Notes: generated from the sequence alone by a model not told the origin. Positions 50,128 to 64,000 are shown, counted from the first letter of the stretch. The stretch: 64,000 nucleotides of DNA from Catajapyx aquilonaris (GCA_000934665.2 KZ538098.1:62001-126000); one strand, 5' to 3'. Made by a program: numbers and translations.

Positions 50128-53100
50128 TAAGAACCGTTCAAATTGTATATGTATTTTTTTCAGTTTTCATTATTTGTAGAATTGCGAGATTATAGCCTTC
50201 ATAGGGCCACCTCCTGAGGGAGGATGGAAGATGTTGGGTGGTGCCTTTCCATCCACGACCTCTTTTCATCAGCAGGCTTTGTGCTGGCTGGCTACGCGCC
50301 GTCAGCAGAGGAAATTAAGCCATCCTTCCCTCCACTGCCAGACTCCGCATCTTCAATGTTATCTGGCGTAAGGCAACCCAACCTAGCAACCACCCTCGAA
50401 GAATAGAAAGCCCCCCCCTCCCCCCCCCAGATAGTTGCGTTTTTAACCCCCCAACGCGACACTACACTGGAGCTGGCAGTGGCCAACGCACAGCCGGGAA
50501 GGATTACTCCAAAAAAGTGCAATATTTTTTTTATTACGTACAACCCAACGAAATCCGCAGCATTGATTCGGTCATTACAAAAAAAAACGCGAATTAGTCC
50601 GCAATGAATATTGCATTATCCCTAGGAAGGATCAACTGGGATTGTGGGCCCCTAAGACACACATTTTATGCCGGAATACGCCTGTTTGTCCGCGGTGAGT
50701 CATCAGTGGTGCACCATCTGTGTGAGACACACGAATGGGGTCCTTGGTATGGGATTTGGCGTACACAAGTAGCTCAAAACCATAATACATGCAAACAACT
50801 TTTCAGCACCAAAATATCATTCCGCCATAAATTATCGCGGGTTTAAAAAGTCACTCTCAAATTGACGGGGGGAAAGGGGGTGTGGTCTAAAAAGGCACAT
50901 TCCGACTCCTGCCTGACCAGTGTGACGTCAGCAGACCGGTGCACCTGCTTTATTTGGCGGGCTTTCGAATCGAAAGCTCGCCAAGTAAAGCAGGTGAGCA
51001 AGTAAAGCAGGTGGTTGGTAATTGGTATGGTCGCCAACAAAGCAAACAAAGCAGCCCGGGTGCGTTCCTGCCTCTGCACCGATCTATTTGGCCACTGTGA
51101 CGTCAGAGGGCAGTACGATACTGTATAATTAATATGATCTTAGACCAATCATATCTCGAAAACTAATGCGTATTTATTCAAACAATTTTTTTTAATGAGC
51201 ACGATTTTCTACATGGGTTTGCAAAATGTAGCCTATAGGACACCCTCATTGTATTGAAGGCTATGTGACACACTGTATTTACCAGAAACGATGCTCATGG
51301 GGGCCCGAGAACAGAGCGGTATCGAATCGGACGGAATTCCAAATGTTGGGTCTAGAATGGAAAGGGGGGGATTGGAGGCTGCCAACAATGGAGGAGCCAA
51401 ACTCCACCTGCACAAAAGAGGGCCTCAGACCCTCATGAATACGGAAAGCTTACAACTCCGGAGACAGTGAGATGGTGGGGGTTCCCTTTTCTGACTTCGC
51501 ACCTGCACAATGGCCCCCTCAATCCCCACCCTCGTTACCTCTTTGTTGTCCAACGTCAACACTCCACCACCACCTCAAAAAAAAAAATACAACGAAAAAT
51601 GAGTGATAATAAATGTCCCCGAGGGGTTGGCCCCCGCCACTTTTCTTCCCACCCTTTAAATGAGTTCTCTTATTCAAATCGCTGCTTAATGAGCAGTCTC
51701 TTCGGGACAACCCCCCGCCACCGCCATGTTTGTCATAATTATGCATATTTTCTTTCTTCATTATGGTAATGGGCGCCTGGTATAATCAGTTTAGTACCGT
51801 GTTAGCATCGGATCCTGTGTTTTTTTTATACGCTCCTAAATACTCATTTTTCTCTAATTGTTGCGGGGCTCCTACGTGTATTGCGAGCCATTACGCAAAT
51901 ATCCAATCTCGAGGTTTAGAGGTTTGTTAACCCCTTTGCAGTCGCCCCAGAGGGTACTCAAATAATTTTTTTTACAGTTCTTAATTTGCGCTATAATGTC
52001 TTCTTTTTTTCCCCTCCCCCTCAGAATTTCTTTACTACTTGCTTTAGAGGTCGGGAGTGTGCCACGTGCCATATTTCCCATCCTCTTCAAAAGGGGGCGG
52101 GCACAGATGTTGGTCCAAAACCAGACTAATTAACTGCCTGAGGAATCGACCCCCGAGAAAGTACGACACGGCTTTACTTTCAAAACGGAGGCACAAACCC
52201 GGGCATTATTTATTTATTCATCTCCCGCATTAGCTTCTTGATCGTGTATTCCTGGAAGGAAGTTTCAAAACTTCCTCCCNCCCCTCACATAGAAACTACT
52301 GAAGAGGGGGGTAAATTCATTTGGACAAGTTCCTGCGGATTTCTCCTTTCGGCAGCAGCAACTTGTAACATAATTGACCGAAATTAGGCGTAGGAATCGA
52401 TCCGGACCCCCCTACATTTTTTTATACAGTATGTACTGTACTATATAGAAAGGGACCAGGCACCAGCAGCAGACAAAATAATCGTGCTGCCAATGGCAAC
52501 AGCGCCCAGTCATAAATTTGATCCGCTCTTTTGTGTCCCCGGAACCCACTAAAAGCCAACTGGAGGACTCTAGTACATTTTCCCAGCCCGGGGGCTTGCT
52601 GCTGCAGCCTCTTGAATAAACACAACTTGGTCCAACCCCATCACATGCCCAACGTGCATAAAAAGCCACTGCAATAATCGCCTTAAAGTTGGGCAATTTA
52701 TTCCGGGGGGTCGTTAGTACTGCTGGGAAAAGAGCGATCGCCGCTAAACTGCTATTTTCCATTTTGTAGAAGAAGAAAAAAAAAACTGAGCGAAGATGTT
52801 ACGACATAATTCATGCAAGCAGGAAGGAAAATGGAAGGGGGAGGGGGAGAGGATATATCAATTTAGCAGCGCAATCAGGAAACTCCATTACATCTCCCTC
52901 CAGGAGCTTCAATAACTTTCCCTAATGACATTTCAACGCCTGGAATCCTAGAGTCTTCCCCCCGTCCCAATTATTGTGGCCCAAGGTTCGCAACATAGAT
53001 CGATCCGTCCCCGATATATCTGGTCCACTTGTGCTGACCCGCTCGTAAAAACTGCACAGATAAACTGCTGCAAATTTGCAAAATGGCGTCTGTCAGCTTT

Positions 53101-54086
53101 CACCCCCCTTTCCCCCCCTGGATTTTAATGAAATACGGGGACCGGGGAGGGAAATGGAAGGTCATTCACCACATCTCACTTCCGACTCTTTTCCTAGACA
53201 AAATGAGAAAGCGAGAGAAAAGACATGGCTGCCGGTTCGATTTAATATCCAGCAAACTTTTCGAGTGACGTATAGTGGATATCACCAGATGGCAGAAGGA
53301 AAAATATATATAATTGAAAGGAGGGGGTTGACAGACTGAAAATTCCGGTCTCCCCCCCTTTTACTCGGGCCGCTTATGACCTTATCAAATTTTGTGAGGG
53401 GCGCATCACAGCTTTTATGGTCCCGCTTAATTTCGATAATTAGTGTATAATACGTGCCAGGTAGCCTCATCAATCCGTAATGCAGTATGAACCATCCCGC
53501 GAAAATTACCAGCTGACTATTTTATAGACGGAGATGCCTGCACCAGTTTATTTTTTGTGCTGAACAAAGGCAATCTCTTCTGTACAAAACCGCTGCACTT
53601 GATGACACTGCTTTACGAGTTCAACAGCAATCCCTTCGCCAGATGGCTCATGTAAGAGGAATGAAGCATAAAAATAATATCACTCGACACAGGTTATGAC
53701 AATGGCTTTCCAACAACCCCTTCTCCATTACATTCCGCCCCCCTTTGTCTGCTTCCCGCCTTCCCAAAACAGCACTCCTGCCATCTACCGCCCGTATCCA
53801 GAACTTGCTCAGAATCTCTCGGAAAGCTCGCGCCCTTAAGCGGCCGCCTCTGGAAACTTCCGAGAAAATTTTTGCTCGTCCAAATATTTTTTTGGGGTCT
53901 CTCAGGGCAATTCGTCATTCCGACATGCAAATCCTCCATTAAGCCGCATTAGCCGCGGTCTCAGTGCATTAAACCACATCCAGGCTGAGGTTTTGCCCCA
54001 AAATGTCCTCCGAAAATTGGAGCACAAAAAAGGGGGGGGATTGGCACACGCGAGGTTCGCAGAATTTATTTGTTTATGGTCCTTAC

Positions 54087-54276
54087 CTTGAGGCGTTGTA
54101 GGGGCTTTCGCATGGCATTTTGGTCTCGGGCTGGTCCCAATCGGTCCAGCTCGTTCTCCATACTCTCTGCGCTGGACTCTACCTCGGACAACCAGGCCAG
54201 GAACTTGTCCAGGCTCTTGTCGAAGTGCTGAAGGGAGTTCATGGCCGAGTGCAAGCACTTGCCACGACCCACAATG
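54087..54276 (-). CDS. Dys: Dystrophin exon (~DMD exon 55 equivalent), 190 bp
   Basis: Acceptor tttcag|C, donor AAG|gtaagg; IVGRGKCLHSAMNSLQHFDKSLDKFLAWLSEVESSAESMENELDRLGPARDQNAMRKPLQRLK; phases 2 and 0. Confidence 0.95.
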
Positions 54277-57200
54277 CTGAAATTTGAATTCAATTATTAT
54301 TAACTTTAAAAAGTAGAATTTTTGGATGACTTTTTGGTTTCTGGATTAATATTTAACAATTAAATTCAACATGAAGGATGTACCTTGCATGTCGCAAGGC
54401 TTCGTGTCAAGTACACACACAAAAACGCAACAGCTTCAAAAATTCATCTCGTGAATTATACAAATCACGCTGTATTTTTATTCGTCCGCTTGTGTCCTGC
54501 CTTGTAACCATGCTGTACATGGGAAAAATTCATAACTGGCCGCACGTTTTCAGCTGTCCCAACCCAGCTATTCATGGGCGCAGTGTGTTTGGAGCCCCCC
54601 CTGGAATTCTCATTCCCTCCCGTCCCGGTGAGCAATACGTTCATTTGAGACGGAGAGTGTGTCCAGGAATTCAATTAAGGAGTGCAAACCACCCTGCTAT
54701 GCATAAGCAGGGTGCTAATATACGTGTCTCTGCAGAGGGACACAACCAGGCTCCAAGAAACGACTCCAAGTGCATTTAAGGCCCGATCCGAGCCCCCCCG
54801 AGCCCCTTATCGAGCAGTATTCTCCAACGATGATGGCAGTACCAAGCGGCTAATTCGCATGCTAAGAGTCCCCCTAGAAGAAGCTACATGAACTCCGGGC
54901 TTTCATTACCCTCCCCTCTTCCCCCTATCCACGGTTTCCTGGCCTGGAAAAGCCCATATTGATTCCTAATGGTTCGTTCTCTAGTTGGAAACACCGTTCA
55001 GAGATGGAGCTCACAACGGATTCGCCCGCGGCATCTGGCGGGATTTGGCCGAACTACCTCGATGCGGATGGGCTTAAACGCTTTTCACAAATAGCAGGGT
55101 CGATTAAATTATAGTAAATAACAGTTAGGCCTTATCATTTGACTGGTACCGGTTGTTAAAACGTTCCGGAGTTATTCCGTACTAGTTAATTGCTGCTACT
55201 ATCCGCCATGAAGCCGGCATATATACCAAAAGGACCTGTCGATTGATTCTGTGGCTCCACCCCTTCCGAAATGTCCCAAATGAGTCGAGGCCTAGAATGA
55301 ATGGCCACCATCGTGCCAGTCACGCAAGAGTCATCATCGTTAGAGGGAGGGGGGAACAGAAGCAGCCGCAGCCATCCAGGGAATGCCCCGTGGTCCTTCC
55401 GCACTGCATTCATCTCCGGGACAACGGAGTGTCAAAAGTGTTACTGCCTCGCCTAATTAAAGCCGACAAAAACTGTGATATCATGTTGCGCCAACAATTT
55501 TTTTTTTGGGCTGTTCCCAACGCAAAAAACAGAGGAAGTCTGGCCTGGTTCACAGAGTCGTTAGCAGACTGTCAACACGAAACCGGAGGGTGGAATTAAC
55601 CCATAATCACATTGATTTGGGCCTCTGATCTTCTGTGTAGGCGAACCCATGTCCAAACACGTTACAATAACCAGGCCCACTGTAATATGACACCGGGCCG
55701 TGTGTTTTGGAGTTCCGCAATGCAACTGGCCTACAGAGTTAAGAGCTGTGGAAAAATTATCCTAATATTATGTCCCGCTATTTTTAGAGCTGCAAATGGG
55801 GAGGTTATAAGCTTGTGGCGTGAACATTTACGACTGGAATTACTCTTGTTTTTTTTATCTCTTAAAAGCCATGTCGAGAGTTGGCACGAATCTGCCCGCA
55901 CAAGACATTTCGGCCATCCTTTTTATTTGTATTATTCAGTGCAAACTGTCGAAAGGATAACAATGCCCGTAATTACTGGGAAGCATGCCTCAAGTGGCGA
56001 TAAAACTCGCGACCAAAACGCATCATCGCCATTAACATTCATTATCGTGGTACTCGCAGGGACTCTCGATCACAATTATTTGATAATGCGGTATATATGG
56101 AGCGACACTGCAACTAATGCATCAAATGATAGGGTTTTGGTCACAATTATTTGATGTCCATCAATTTGATCTGGTACCAATATCGGCATGAAATTTGATA
56201 TCCAATCGCCGAATTTAATTTGAGTTAGTTTTTCAATGTGGCTGAATACTGGATTATCCTTTTTTTTGCAAAAAAATTTGAATAGTGATGATTTAACCAG
56301 AAAATCGACTTGAACTTTTGACATTGAAAGGAACAATGCCATGCAGGCCAGCAGAAGTCGTAAGTGATTTTTATGACCCCCTGTAAGTTAGGAGGTGAGC
56401 GGTCCAAGGTCACAGGCTCATTTGCCCTGGTTTTTATGACCACCCAACGCCCAAATTCTCGAAAGGTCCGCCCCCCCAGGTTTCTGAATCCGCCAGCCTC
56501 ATAAAGCAGCACGCCACGCCATACTATTGGCTTGTAAAATATTGCCCCGGATTCTTCCTCCCGAATTATTGATAAACTTTAATCGTTGGCTTTCAACTGA
56601 AATCAATACCTCTGTGTAGTAGTATTGTAGGGCAACTCCCCCCGTCCTATAGTGTATGGAGTACATGTGCATAATGGGGCCAATGTTACTAGATGAAGCC
56701 GGTCAGGGATGGGTGATGATGAATACAGTTTGTGTGTTCTTTCCCCTCTTCTTCAGCACCACATGTGCTCCGTTTTTATCCCCGGAGGTGACGAAAGGTC
56801 ACGTTTAGGGGAGAATATCTCAAGGGGTGAAGGCTACGAGAGTCCATTTCCCTCTCGCCGCCCACGTTGGGAATATGCAGCAGTCTGGGTATCATCAGAT
56901 GGAAAGATATACGAAACTTGAAAAATTGGCATCCCTGTTGGTCACCTTCCTCCAACAAATTGTCCAATATGACGTCACCTGTCGAAAGTCAGACATGGCG
57001 GCTACCACAGATTGCATTGCTGGGAAAACCCCTATTCGAAATTAGCAATTTCACTTCAACGTAATTGCGAACTTTGCTCTTCCACTCAAAGCAGGGGTAC
57101 CAATTGGTGGCCGCGCAATAGGCGCCGTAATTATTCCCTCATCCTAATAATTGCCTTACTTCAGGATAATTTGGCCAGTCATTTGGAGTGACCTCGCTTA

Positions 57201-57293
57201 CCGTTTCGCAGCCAGACTTGGCGAAAACAAGTACCTCTCCTTAATGCAAATGTCTTGGCAATCTCTTGTCTGCTGTGGAGAGAGATAACTGAC

Positions 57294-57448
57294 CTGGTGT
57301 TGAGGTTGTTGTATCTCTGGTTGATCTGCTCTGTCATTTTCTTGACTTTGCTGGTGTCGTCCTGCTGATAGACGGCAATGAGCTTCTGGGTGAGTTGGTT
57401 GAACAGCTCGATCTGGTGCTTGTACTGGTGCAGCTCGGCGTGGAACGA
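57294..57448 (-). CDS. Dys: Dystrophin exon (~DMD exon 54 equivalent), 155 bp
   Basis: Acceptor tattcgcag|TCG, donor AG|gtcagt; SFHAELHQYKHQIELFNQLTQKLIAVYQQDDTSKVKKMTEQINQRYNNLNT(S); phases 0 and 2. This frame is not in the ORF track. Confidence 0.95.
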
Positions 57449-60400
57449 CTGCGAATAGGACCAAAATTCAATTCAATTATGCGCCGGAATGCCCGCCATC
57501 TCCCGTCGACTTAATTCAGACTCCGACTCGAATCGAGTCTCTCCCTCCCCCTCCAAAAACCCTTGCTCTCAACCCACTCTCAAGAGGTCGTTCTCCAAGC
57601 AACTACAGGACTCTGGATGTCCCTTTCTACTGATTCCCTTTCCCCCAACTGACAGGCCAGCCCCCCACAAAACTGGCGCGTCTGAAAATAGCACAGCAGC
57701 TGTTTGCAATCGCAGTGATGTCCATTAGCAGTGATTGGCATGTGATTGCTTAATGGGTCAAAAATCACAGCAGCGATTTTGTCACTGCTGGTCTGAAATG
57801 ACGATTGTTAGGTTTCTCTGATGGAGCTGGATTTTTAAACAATTCAATCGCTGTCCTCAAAAAAGTATGTTTCCCAGCATTTACTGACTGTAGGTTCAAA
57901 TAGCCAATTTTCCAATCTGTAGACTTACATAGCTCAGAATTGACTTGAAACTACTGCCAAGTATGCAAGAACTGCTACTTATGAACTGGTTTAAAAACTC
58001 TCAACTTGGCAGATTCTGCGCCACATCTGGGGTCCTAAACCCTCTGCAGTACCACCACTTTTATTTTTCGTACCCCCCCCCCTCCCCCCAAAAAATTCGC
58101 TTAGTGAGGAAGTATCTGGAATTTCAATTTGCATATTTAATGCATGTTAGCCTCCTTCTCATTTGGAAGGCGGTTCTAAGGCAGATGTGAAATAAGAGCC
58201 ATCCAGCGGAGGGATTTTCTGGTCTCTTCCTGTTCGGGTCGGATTCTCATCACTCAGCTCTCATAAATCAGGGGGGCTGCAAGTAAGTACTTCTTCAGTG
58301 GCCACCGTCACGCCTCACTAATGTGTCTCATCTTTCCCCCTCCTACCTCCCCCATCCATGGATGGAAACAAGGAAGGAGAGAGGTAGGGTCACATCTCGT
58401 GAGAGGAATATTGATAAGTCCTCGACCCCCAAGGCCTGCCATTATAGGCTTCCCCTGGAAAGACATTGAGGCCTATAAGCCGGCAGAGGCACGTGGAGCG
58501 ATGTTAATGGGACCGACATCACCTTTTGCAGAGGCTCCGACAAGGATTTGGGCTCGGGGAATGCTCCAACTCGTACCTGCTAAGCCTGCACTTTGCACGG
58601 GAGAGAACTTGACAACCGAAGTTGCTCTCAACTGCTGTACATGGAAGGCCTCGTCGCATTTTGTTAGGGAACCATTCCAAACTCCTAAACTCCGAAGCCT
58701 ATAATATGTTCCACCATGTATTTTTCAGTTGTCAGCTAACTGCAGCTTATATTACGAGCAATTGCCGGTACAGGACAGTGCTTAAAATTAGCTAAACGAA
58801 ATTGCAATGCGGTAAGCAAAATCTGGTGACTTGCCTCGATTCGTGACTGGGATTCTTCCGCGTCATCAGCTAAAATTTTAGCTTCACATGCAATATCCAA
58901 TTAGGAAATTGGAGCCTACTATCTGAGCAAGATCACGTCATTATTAGCATAACAATGCGTCTGCCTTCAAGATTTCGCAATAACTCAAAAATTGAAACCT
59001 GGCTGGCATTATCTTAATGGTTTCTTATTGGATCTGACAAACTAGCGATAATCTTTCTTATTAATTCCGACAGATTCCGGTTCGATAAAAAGGTTTGTCA
59101 GAAGATGAGCTACCTTCTCCGGGATTGAATCCGTCCGTCTGCCCCCATAGTGAACATTAGTCATCAAGACCAACCGCAGCTACGGAAATGGGCCAAACAG
59201 CAGATTCTGTGGTCCCATGAGAATGAAGGAAGAGGAAAGAAGAAAATGAGGGCGTTGCAAGGCCGCAGCTGCAGTGATCCGAACCAGCATCCGATCCATC
59301 CTCTCCTCCCCCCTCCATACCATCTCGAGACTTCGATTCCAAATGAAAGTAGGTCTTATGTGGAAGGGGCGGGGGACTTCAATTTCATCCTCTATGGTCT
59401 GACGGCGAGCATGGCAGCAAATTACATTTCCCACATTGAAAAAACTGCGAGCATCTTCTCTTGTCTGAAGGAGAAGAAGAAGAAGGGAAAAAAATGAGGT
59501 TTTGCCAACACATTTTCCTCCATTTTTAAATCATTCCGCCCCGCCTTCTTTCCAGATGGCGAAGGAAAATGTGCCGGGATGCAAGCCAATTTACCAAACT
59601 TTTGTTGCAAGTGCGTAATTGGGATGCTTTTTCATGACCCGCACTAAAATATTTTGAGTGGCTTTAGGCAAACAATGTTGAAGTCGACTTGGGACCTTTT
59701 TGTAAGAAAATGTGTCGCTCTGCTCTCTCAATTACTATGAAGCAATTTTTGGCTCACTTTCACTGCGCAATGGAATTGCTGAATGGGCAATTCAGCAATA
59801 CTTGGGCTGTGCAAATATCGAGAGAAGCACTTTTCTAAATTGTGTTGAATAATTTTCAGTGGTTCTACACTTTTAAGCCATTCCTTTTGACTTGAAATTT
59901 TCTCCCAGTTGCCTCGATCAAGGCTATTCTCAGAGCAATTTTTGGGTAAAATATTTACCGAAACGGAGGGAAAATTACTTGAAATTGAAAGGCAAATTTA
60001 ACCTGCAAAAGCATTGCATGCTATTTCATGTGGAAATTATTATTTAACCAAAAATAACTAAAAATAACTTACGTTACAGAGTGGAAAGATAAACTACAGA
60101 GAGTTTCATCTTAAAATACCAACATATGAATATTTCACATCCAAAACTCATACAAACTGTACAGTTGAGCTCATTTCCCTCCTTCAAAGGATTGAAAATA
60201 CACGGTTATTTTGCTGGCTATGTTTGCTTTTATATTGCAGGACTTCAGTCTGATTTTCTATGTGCGAGTGATACTTGCTCCATTTGCATAATTGCCTATT
60301 AAGTTCACTCCACATTTCAATGGAAATTAACCCTGGGAGAACTTCCTAAAATCACTGAACTTATTCGAGAAGAACAACGATCATTTTTTTTAAACCTTTT

Positions 60401-61320
60401 GAGTGCACGGAATAATCGGAGTAATGACCCTTCCTGCACGCAATTCAGGTCACTCATGAATTAATACACTTGCACTGCTCCCACGGCATAACAGGCTGAG
60501 GCAAGGAGCAGAAATTATCGTAATGGTTACGCCGATTTATAAATTATTACATTAATAATGTCTAAGCCGCCACTCACCCTGCAGTTACACGAGCAACTAA
60601 ATTATGCCAGATCCTCCTCTACAGGCTGGCAGCAGATTCGAAAATGTGTCAACAGCTCCCATGTTACTTCATCTGCTCAACAGCCTCCCCAGATTAATTG
60701 TGCACTGTATGAACAAAATGCAGTGGGCATTGAATTTATCAATGATAATGTGTAATTTAAGTCCAATTTCTATTTCTTTTTAGCTCCACAATTGGCTGAT
60801 GGAATCCGACATAACAGTTCGCGCCTTCTACACAGCCAAATAAAGAAAGGTGTTTACCGCATAGGTAAGTCCTGGCACAACCTCCAGAGACCTGTTCGCA
60901 TTGTGCTTCAAGGGAGCGGAAAAAGAGGTTCAGGAAGGTTCAATCAGAAGGACAAGAGTGGAAGGAGTGGGTGAATCCAACCAACATCGATTATTCCTCT
61001 CTCTCTCTCTTTTTATTTTCCTTCCGAAAAAAAAAGTAGGCACGGCTTGGTTTATGGGCGGCTATATATGATCCTGCAACCCAACTTCCATCCCCATCAT
61101 CTATGGGGACGTTTGGAATTCACTATCCCCCCCCCCCTACCTCTATACCCCTCCCTTTGCCCTCAAACCAAAACCCCTCGACCCCACCTCCCATGGGCTT
61201 CAAAATCGCGCTTTTTGTGGGAATGAAGCCAAGCGTATTGACTGTAGGGCTCAAAAAATGGACTCGCTCTATGGCTGAGAAGTACGTATAACCAGAGGCA
61301 ACAGCCAGAGAGAGAGAGGG

Positions 61321-61328
<8 letters not shown>

Positions 61329-61392
<64 letters not shown>
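61329..61392. repeat. (AT)32 microsatellite
   Basis: Read directly from sequence; explains the YIYIYI ORFs. Confidence 0.97.
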
Positions 61393-61396
<4 letters not shown>

Positions 61397-62246
61397 AGGC
61401 CGCAATACGATATTGGAACCTTCAGTTCAATCTGAATTGGCATTTATGGCTCTTGTCGTCTCTCCTAGTTGAATCCTAATTAATCGCTCTGAATCCCTCT
61501 AGTTCACAACGGAGTTTCTGACTGAGTTGCTCCGGTCGTCTCGTCGAAGTCTAGACTTGGGTAGCAGACCTCGTTAACTCACTGGAGGCTTGCATTACTA
61601 TTTGGTGTTCTAAGATCCCTTTCACTGTGGTTGATTCACCGGTTAGTGCAGTAACAATACAGGCCCAATTAGCCAACTGGTTGAGCCCATTTACAATACA
61701 GGTCTTGGAGATTACGAAACTCTAGTACAGACCGTTTCAATTTCATAGTAGCTTACAGTAGACTACAGTTGACTGCGACACACGACATGCGACATACGAC
61801 ATCGTATCTTCAAACATTTCATTATCAAGACGTCCACGTAATAATCGCTGAATGCGGAAAAATCTGGAGCAGTTGTCGGACGATGACTTCAGATCGTCCT
61901 GAATGTGCAGGAACTCCAGACATGTCAGTTCCATAAAACGTATTTCATGACTAGACGTCCCAAGCAGTGCCAACTGCCAACTTTTGACTCTTCCGGAGAA
62001 GAAAGAAAAAAAGGCCTCGGCTCTCCGACACGTCAATTGGCAATTTATCTAGCAAGCCCTCACGCAAGGACAGTAGCCTAGATACTAATTAGCTTCCACT
62101 GGGACTCGGATTGCCAATCACTGCTCCACAACCTCATCTTATAGGGAACACCTCGTACACGGCTGGACATTCCTTGGAAGTTTTCCGACAGTGCCTAGTT
62201 TTGAATACTTTTGATAATATGTCCAGTTGCTTCAACTAGAACTGAC

Positions 62247-62458
62247 CTTCTGCTCCCTGAGCTGCACTTCTAGGACGTCAGCGGTGTGTCCGACCAGGCC
62301 CATCCTGTCCAGCCTGGCCTCCATGCGTCCCAGCCAAGCTTCCACCTCCACCCGCTTGGCTTCGTAGCGCTGGCTGTCGGCCAACATGGCGTCCAGCTCC
62401 GTCTTCCGGGCCATCACCTTTGCGTTCGTGTCCTCCCAGTGCTCCCGCAGCTTGGTGA
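62247..62458 (-). CDS. Dys: Dystrophin exon (spectrin repeat; ~DMD exon 53 equivalent), 212 bp
   Basis: Acceptor tttccggcag|TC, donor AAG|gtcagt; (V)TKLREHWEDTNAKVMARKTELDAMLADSQRYEAKRVEVEAWLGRMEARLDRMGLVGHTADVLEVQLREQK; phases 1 and 0. Confidence 0.95.
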
Positions 62459-64000
62459 CTGCCGGAAACACACAAAAGAAAAGGTTCAAAGACATCTCTC
62501 TCGGTACATTTGCACCACCCCACATGAAAAAAGGAAAGGGGGAACAAATCCTAGCTCGCGACACTTGGCAGCCGCCACCATCTTTCTTCCTAGGTCCCCC
62601 CTCTCACAAAAGCCTACTTTCCGATTCAGCATTTGCATCGCCAACGAGTCTGATAAGCACACCTGCTTTGCATGACAAACTTGCCTCCCCTTCTTATTCC
62701 TCCCCGTCCATATACCCAGAGCAAATCCTTTCCTCCAGCACCAAGGTGCATCACCATATCAGATTAGGGCTTCTAACTGGCCTGCAATTGATGGCATGCA
62801 TTGCATTACAAGCAGTGTACCGAGCCATACCCTTTTTTAAATTCAATCGCATGCTGGCGGAGTGCGGCTGAGGAGGGACATTTGTCTGAGTGGACTCGGG
62901 GCAGAAGATAGCAGTTAAACCCCCCCCCCCACCCAGTCTGAATTTTTCAAGGGGCTACCAAAAATAGCCCGCAAATTATCCCTGCTCCGCTGAATAATTG
63001 GGCAGATGTCTACTCCATCAAGCGGGGTTGGCCCAGGGGCGAGTCATCTTGCTGCCTCCGCGCAAAAATTTCGTGTAAAATATCCTCAGGCTGTTCCCTT
63101 CCAAAAAAAAGGGCGGATTAATAAGAAAAAGGGTGCTCTGCAAGCAAGAAAGAGGCAAAATAATGTATTGCGTTTGCTACTGCTGGCTCTTCACCTTCGC
63201 TGCCGCACCTCGGTTAATTATGCAAATGAAGCCCTCAAGTGCCAGAAGGGGGAGGGAGTCCACCATCCACTTAGAAACCCATGAATACTTCATTGCTGCG
63301 GAGCAAATTCTCTTAGAAGATGGATCACTCAGACAGACGCACCCGAAGAAAAAAAAAATACAAACCACATGCAAATTCCGGATTCCTCAGCCACAATTTC
63401 AGACCCTCAACTAAAATTACAAATTTTAAGGCGCAATTGGTGGATCCGGATGCTGCAGATTTTTTTCCCTGCACTCTGCATGAATTATCCGACGAGGTAT
63501 CTCCATTACGAAATAACCAGAATTGTGCATGCACACACATACAACGCTGCGAGCCCGGTGTGTCCGACTCCATAAAAACCGCCGATTTTAATTAGATTAC
63601 ATGCCTCCTGCCTGACACAAACCTGCACACGTTCCCTGGCCTGTCATGAATAAAACCAGTACCAAGCTCCCATCCCCCCCAGAAAACTCCATAAAAATTG
63701 AAACTGGAAAAAAAAAATCCGTGCCAAATATTGGGGAGTACAAGCCGGGGCCTAGGCAAGGTAATGAAGCGAGTTTTGCGGAAAACTGGGCGCCACTAAT
63801 TGGAGCCTCCCAATCTGCAGCTTGAGCATCCCATCAAAATTTAGGGAGGGGCCCAAAACCGGGATGATTTTCCTCTCTCGTAAGACCCCCCCCCCCCCCC
63901 CAAATGATGATGCCACAGTGGGCCACGCCTCGTCCCATTATTTTACGACCTTCCCCATCTTCCCACCTCAGTCCGTATTGATCAGCAATTAGCCTTCCTT

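Larger units (their letters stand above)
1..62458 (-). other. Dys: Dystrophin gene, partial (3' rod domain to C-terminal region); continues beyond both window ends
   Basis: 15 exons splice with GT-AG junctions and matching phases into a continuous frame of 2727 nt containing spectrin repeats, WW, EF-hand and ZZ motifs of the dystrophin/utrophin family. Confidence 0.97.

Noticed and set aside
55612..56154. 180-aa plus-strand ORF
   Set aside because: Non-ATG start, AT-rich intron-like composition, no domain signature.
61123..61443. ORFs with YIYIYI runs
   Set aside because: Translation of the (AT)n microsatellite.
61743..62036. 97-aa minus-strand ORF with a gtaagc donor near 61756; possible extra exon or transposase fragment
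   Set aside because: The donor is phase 1 while the flanking exons join in phase 0; no recognisable motif.

Overview
Eukaryotic (animal, most likely arthropod) genomic DNA. The window is the 3' part of one large minus-strand dystrophin (Dys/DMD-family) gene. Fifteen constitutive coding exons (62458 down to 1; the gene is truncated at both window ends) join through GT-AG junctions into one open frame of about 908 codons. They encode the last spectrin repeats, WW, EF-hand, ZZ zinc finger and the start of the syntrophin/dystrobrevin-binding C-terminus. Many exon lengths match my recollection of human DMD exons 53-74. The 42.4-kb intron (11685-54086) is positionally equivalent to DMD intron 55. 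It holds (i) a 271-codon Pro-rich ORF ending in an in-phase donor, probably the first exon of an internal-promoter (Dp116/Dp186-type) isoform, and (ii) a 117-bp in-frame exon candidate with a KRVRF (RVxF-type PP1-docking) motif. The rest is intronic: small inverted-repeat (MITE-like) elements, a ~70-bp tandem array, microsatellites and assembly Ns. I see no prokaryotic features, CRISPR array, RNA gene or clearly new biological system; most listed ORFs are antisense shadows or noise.
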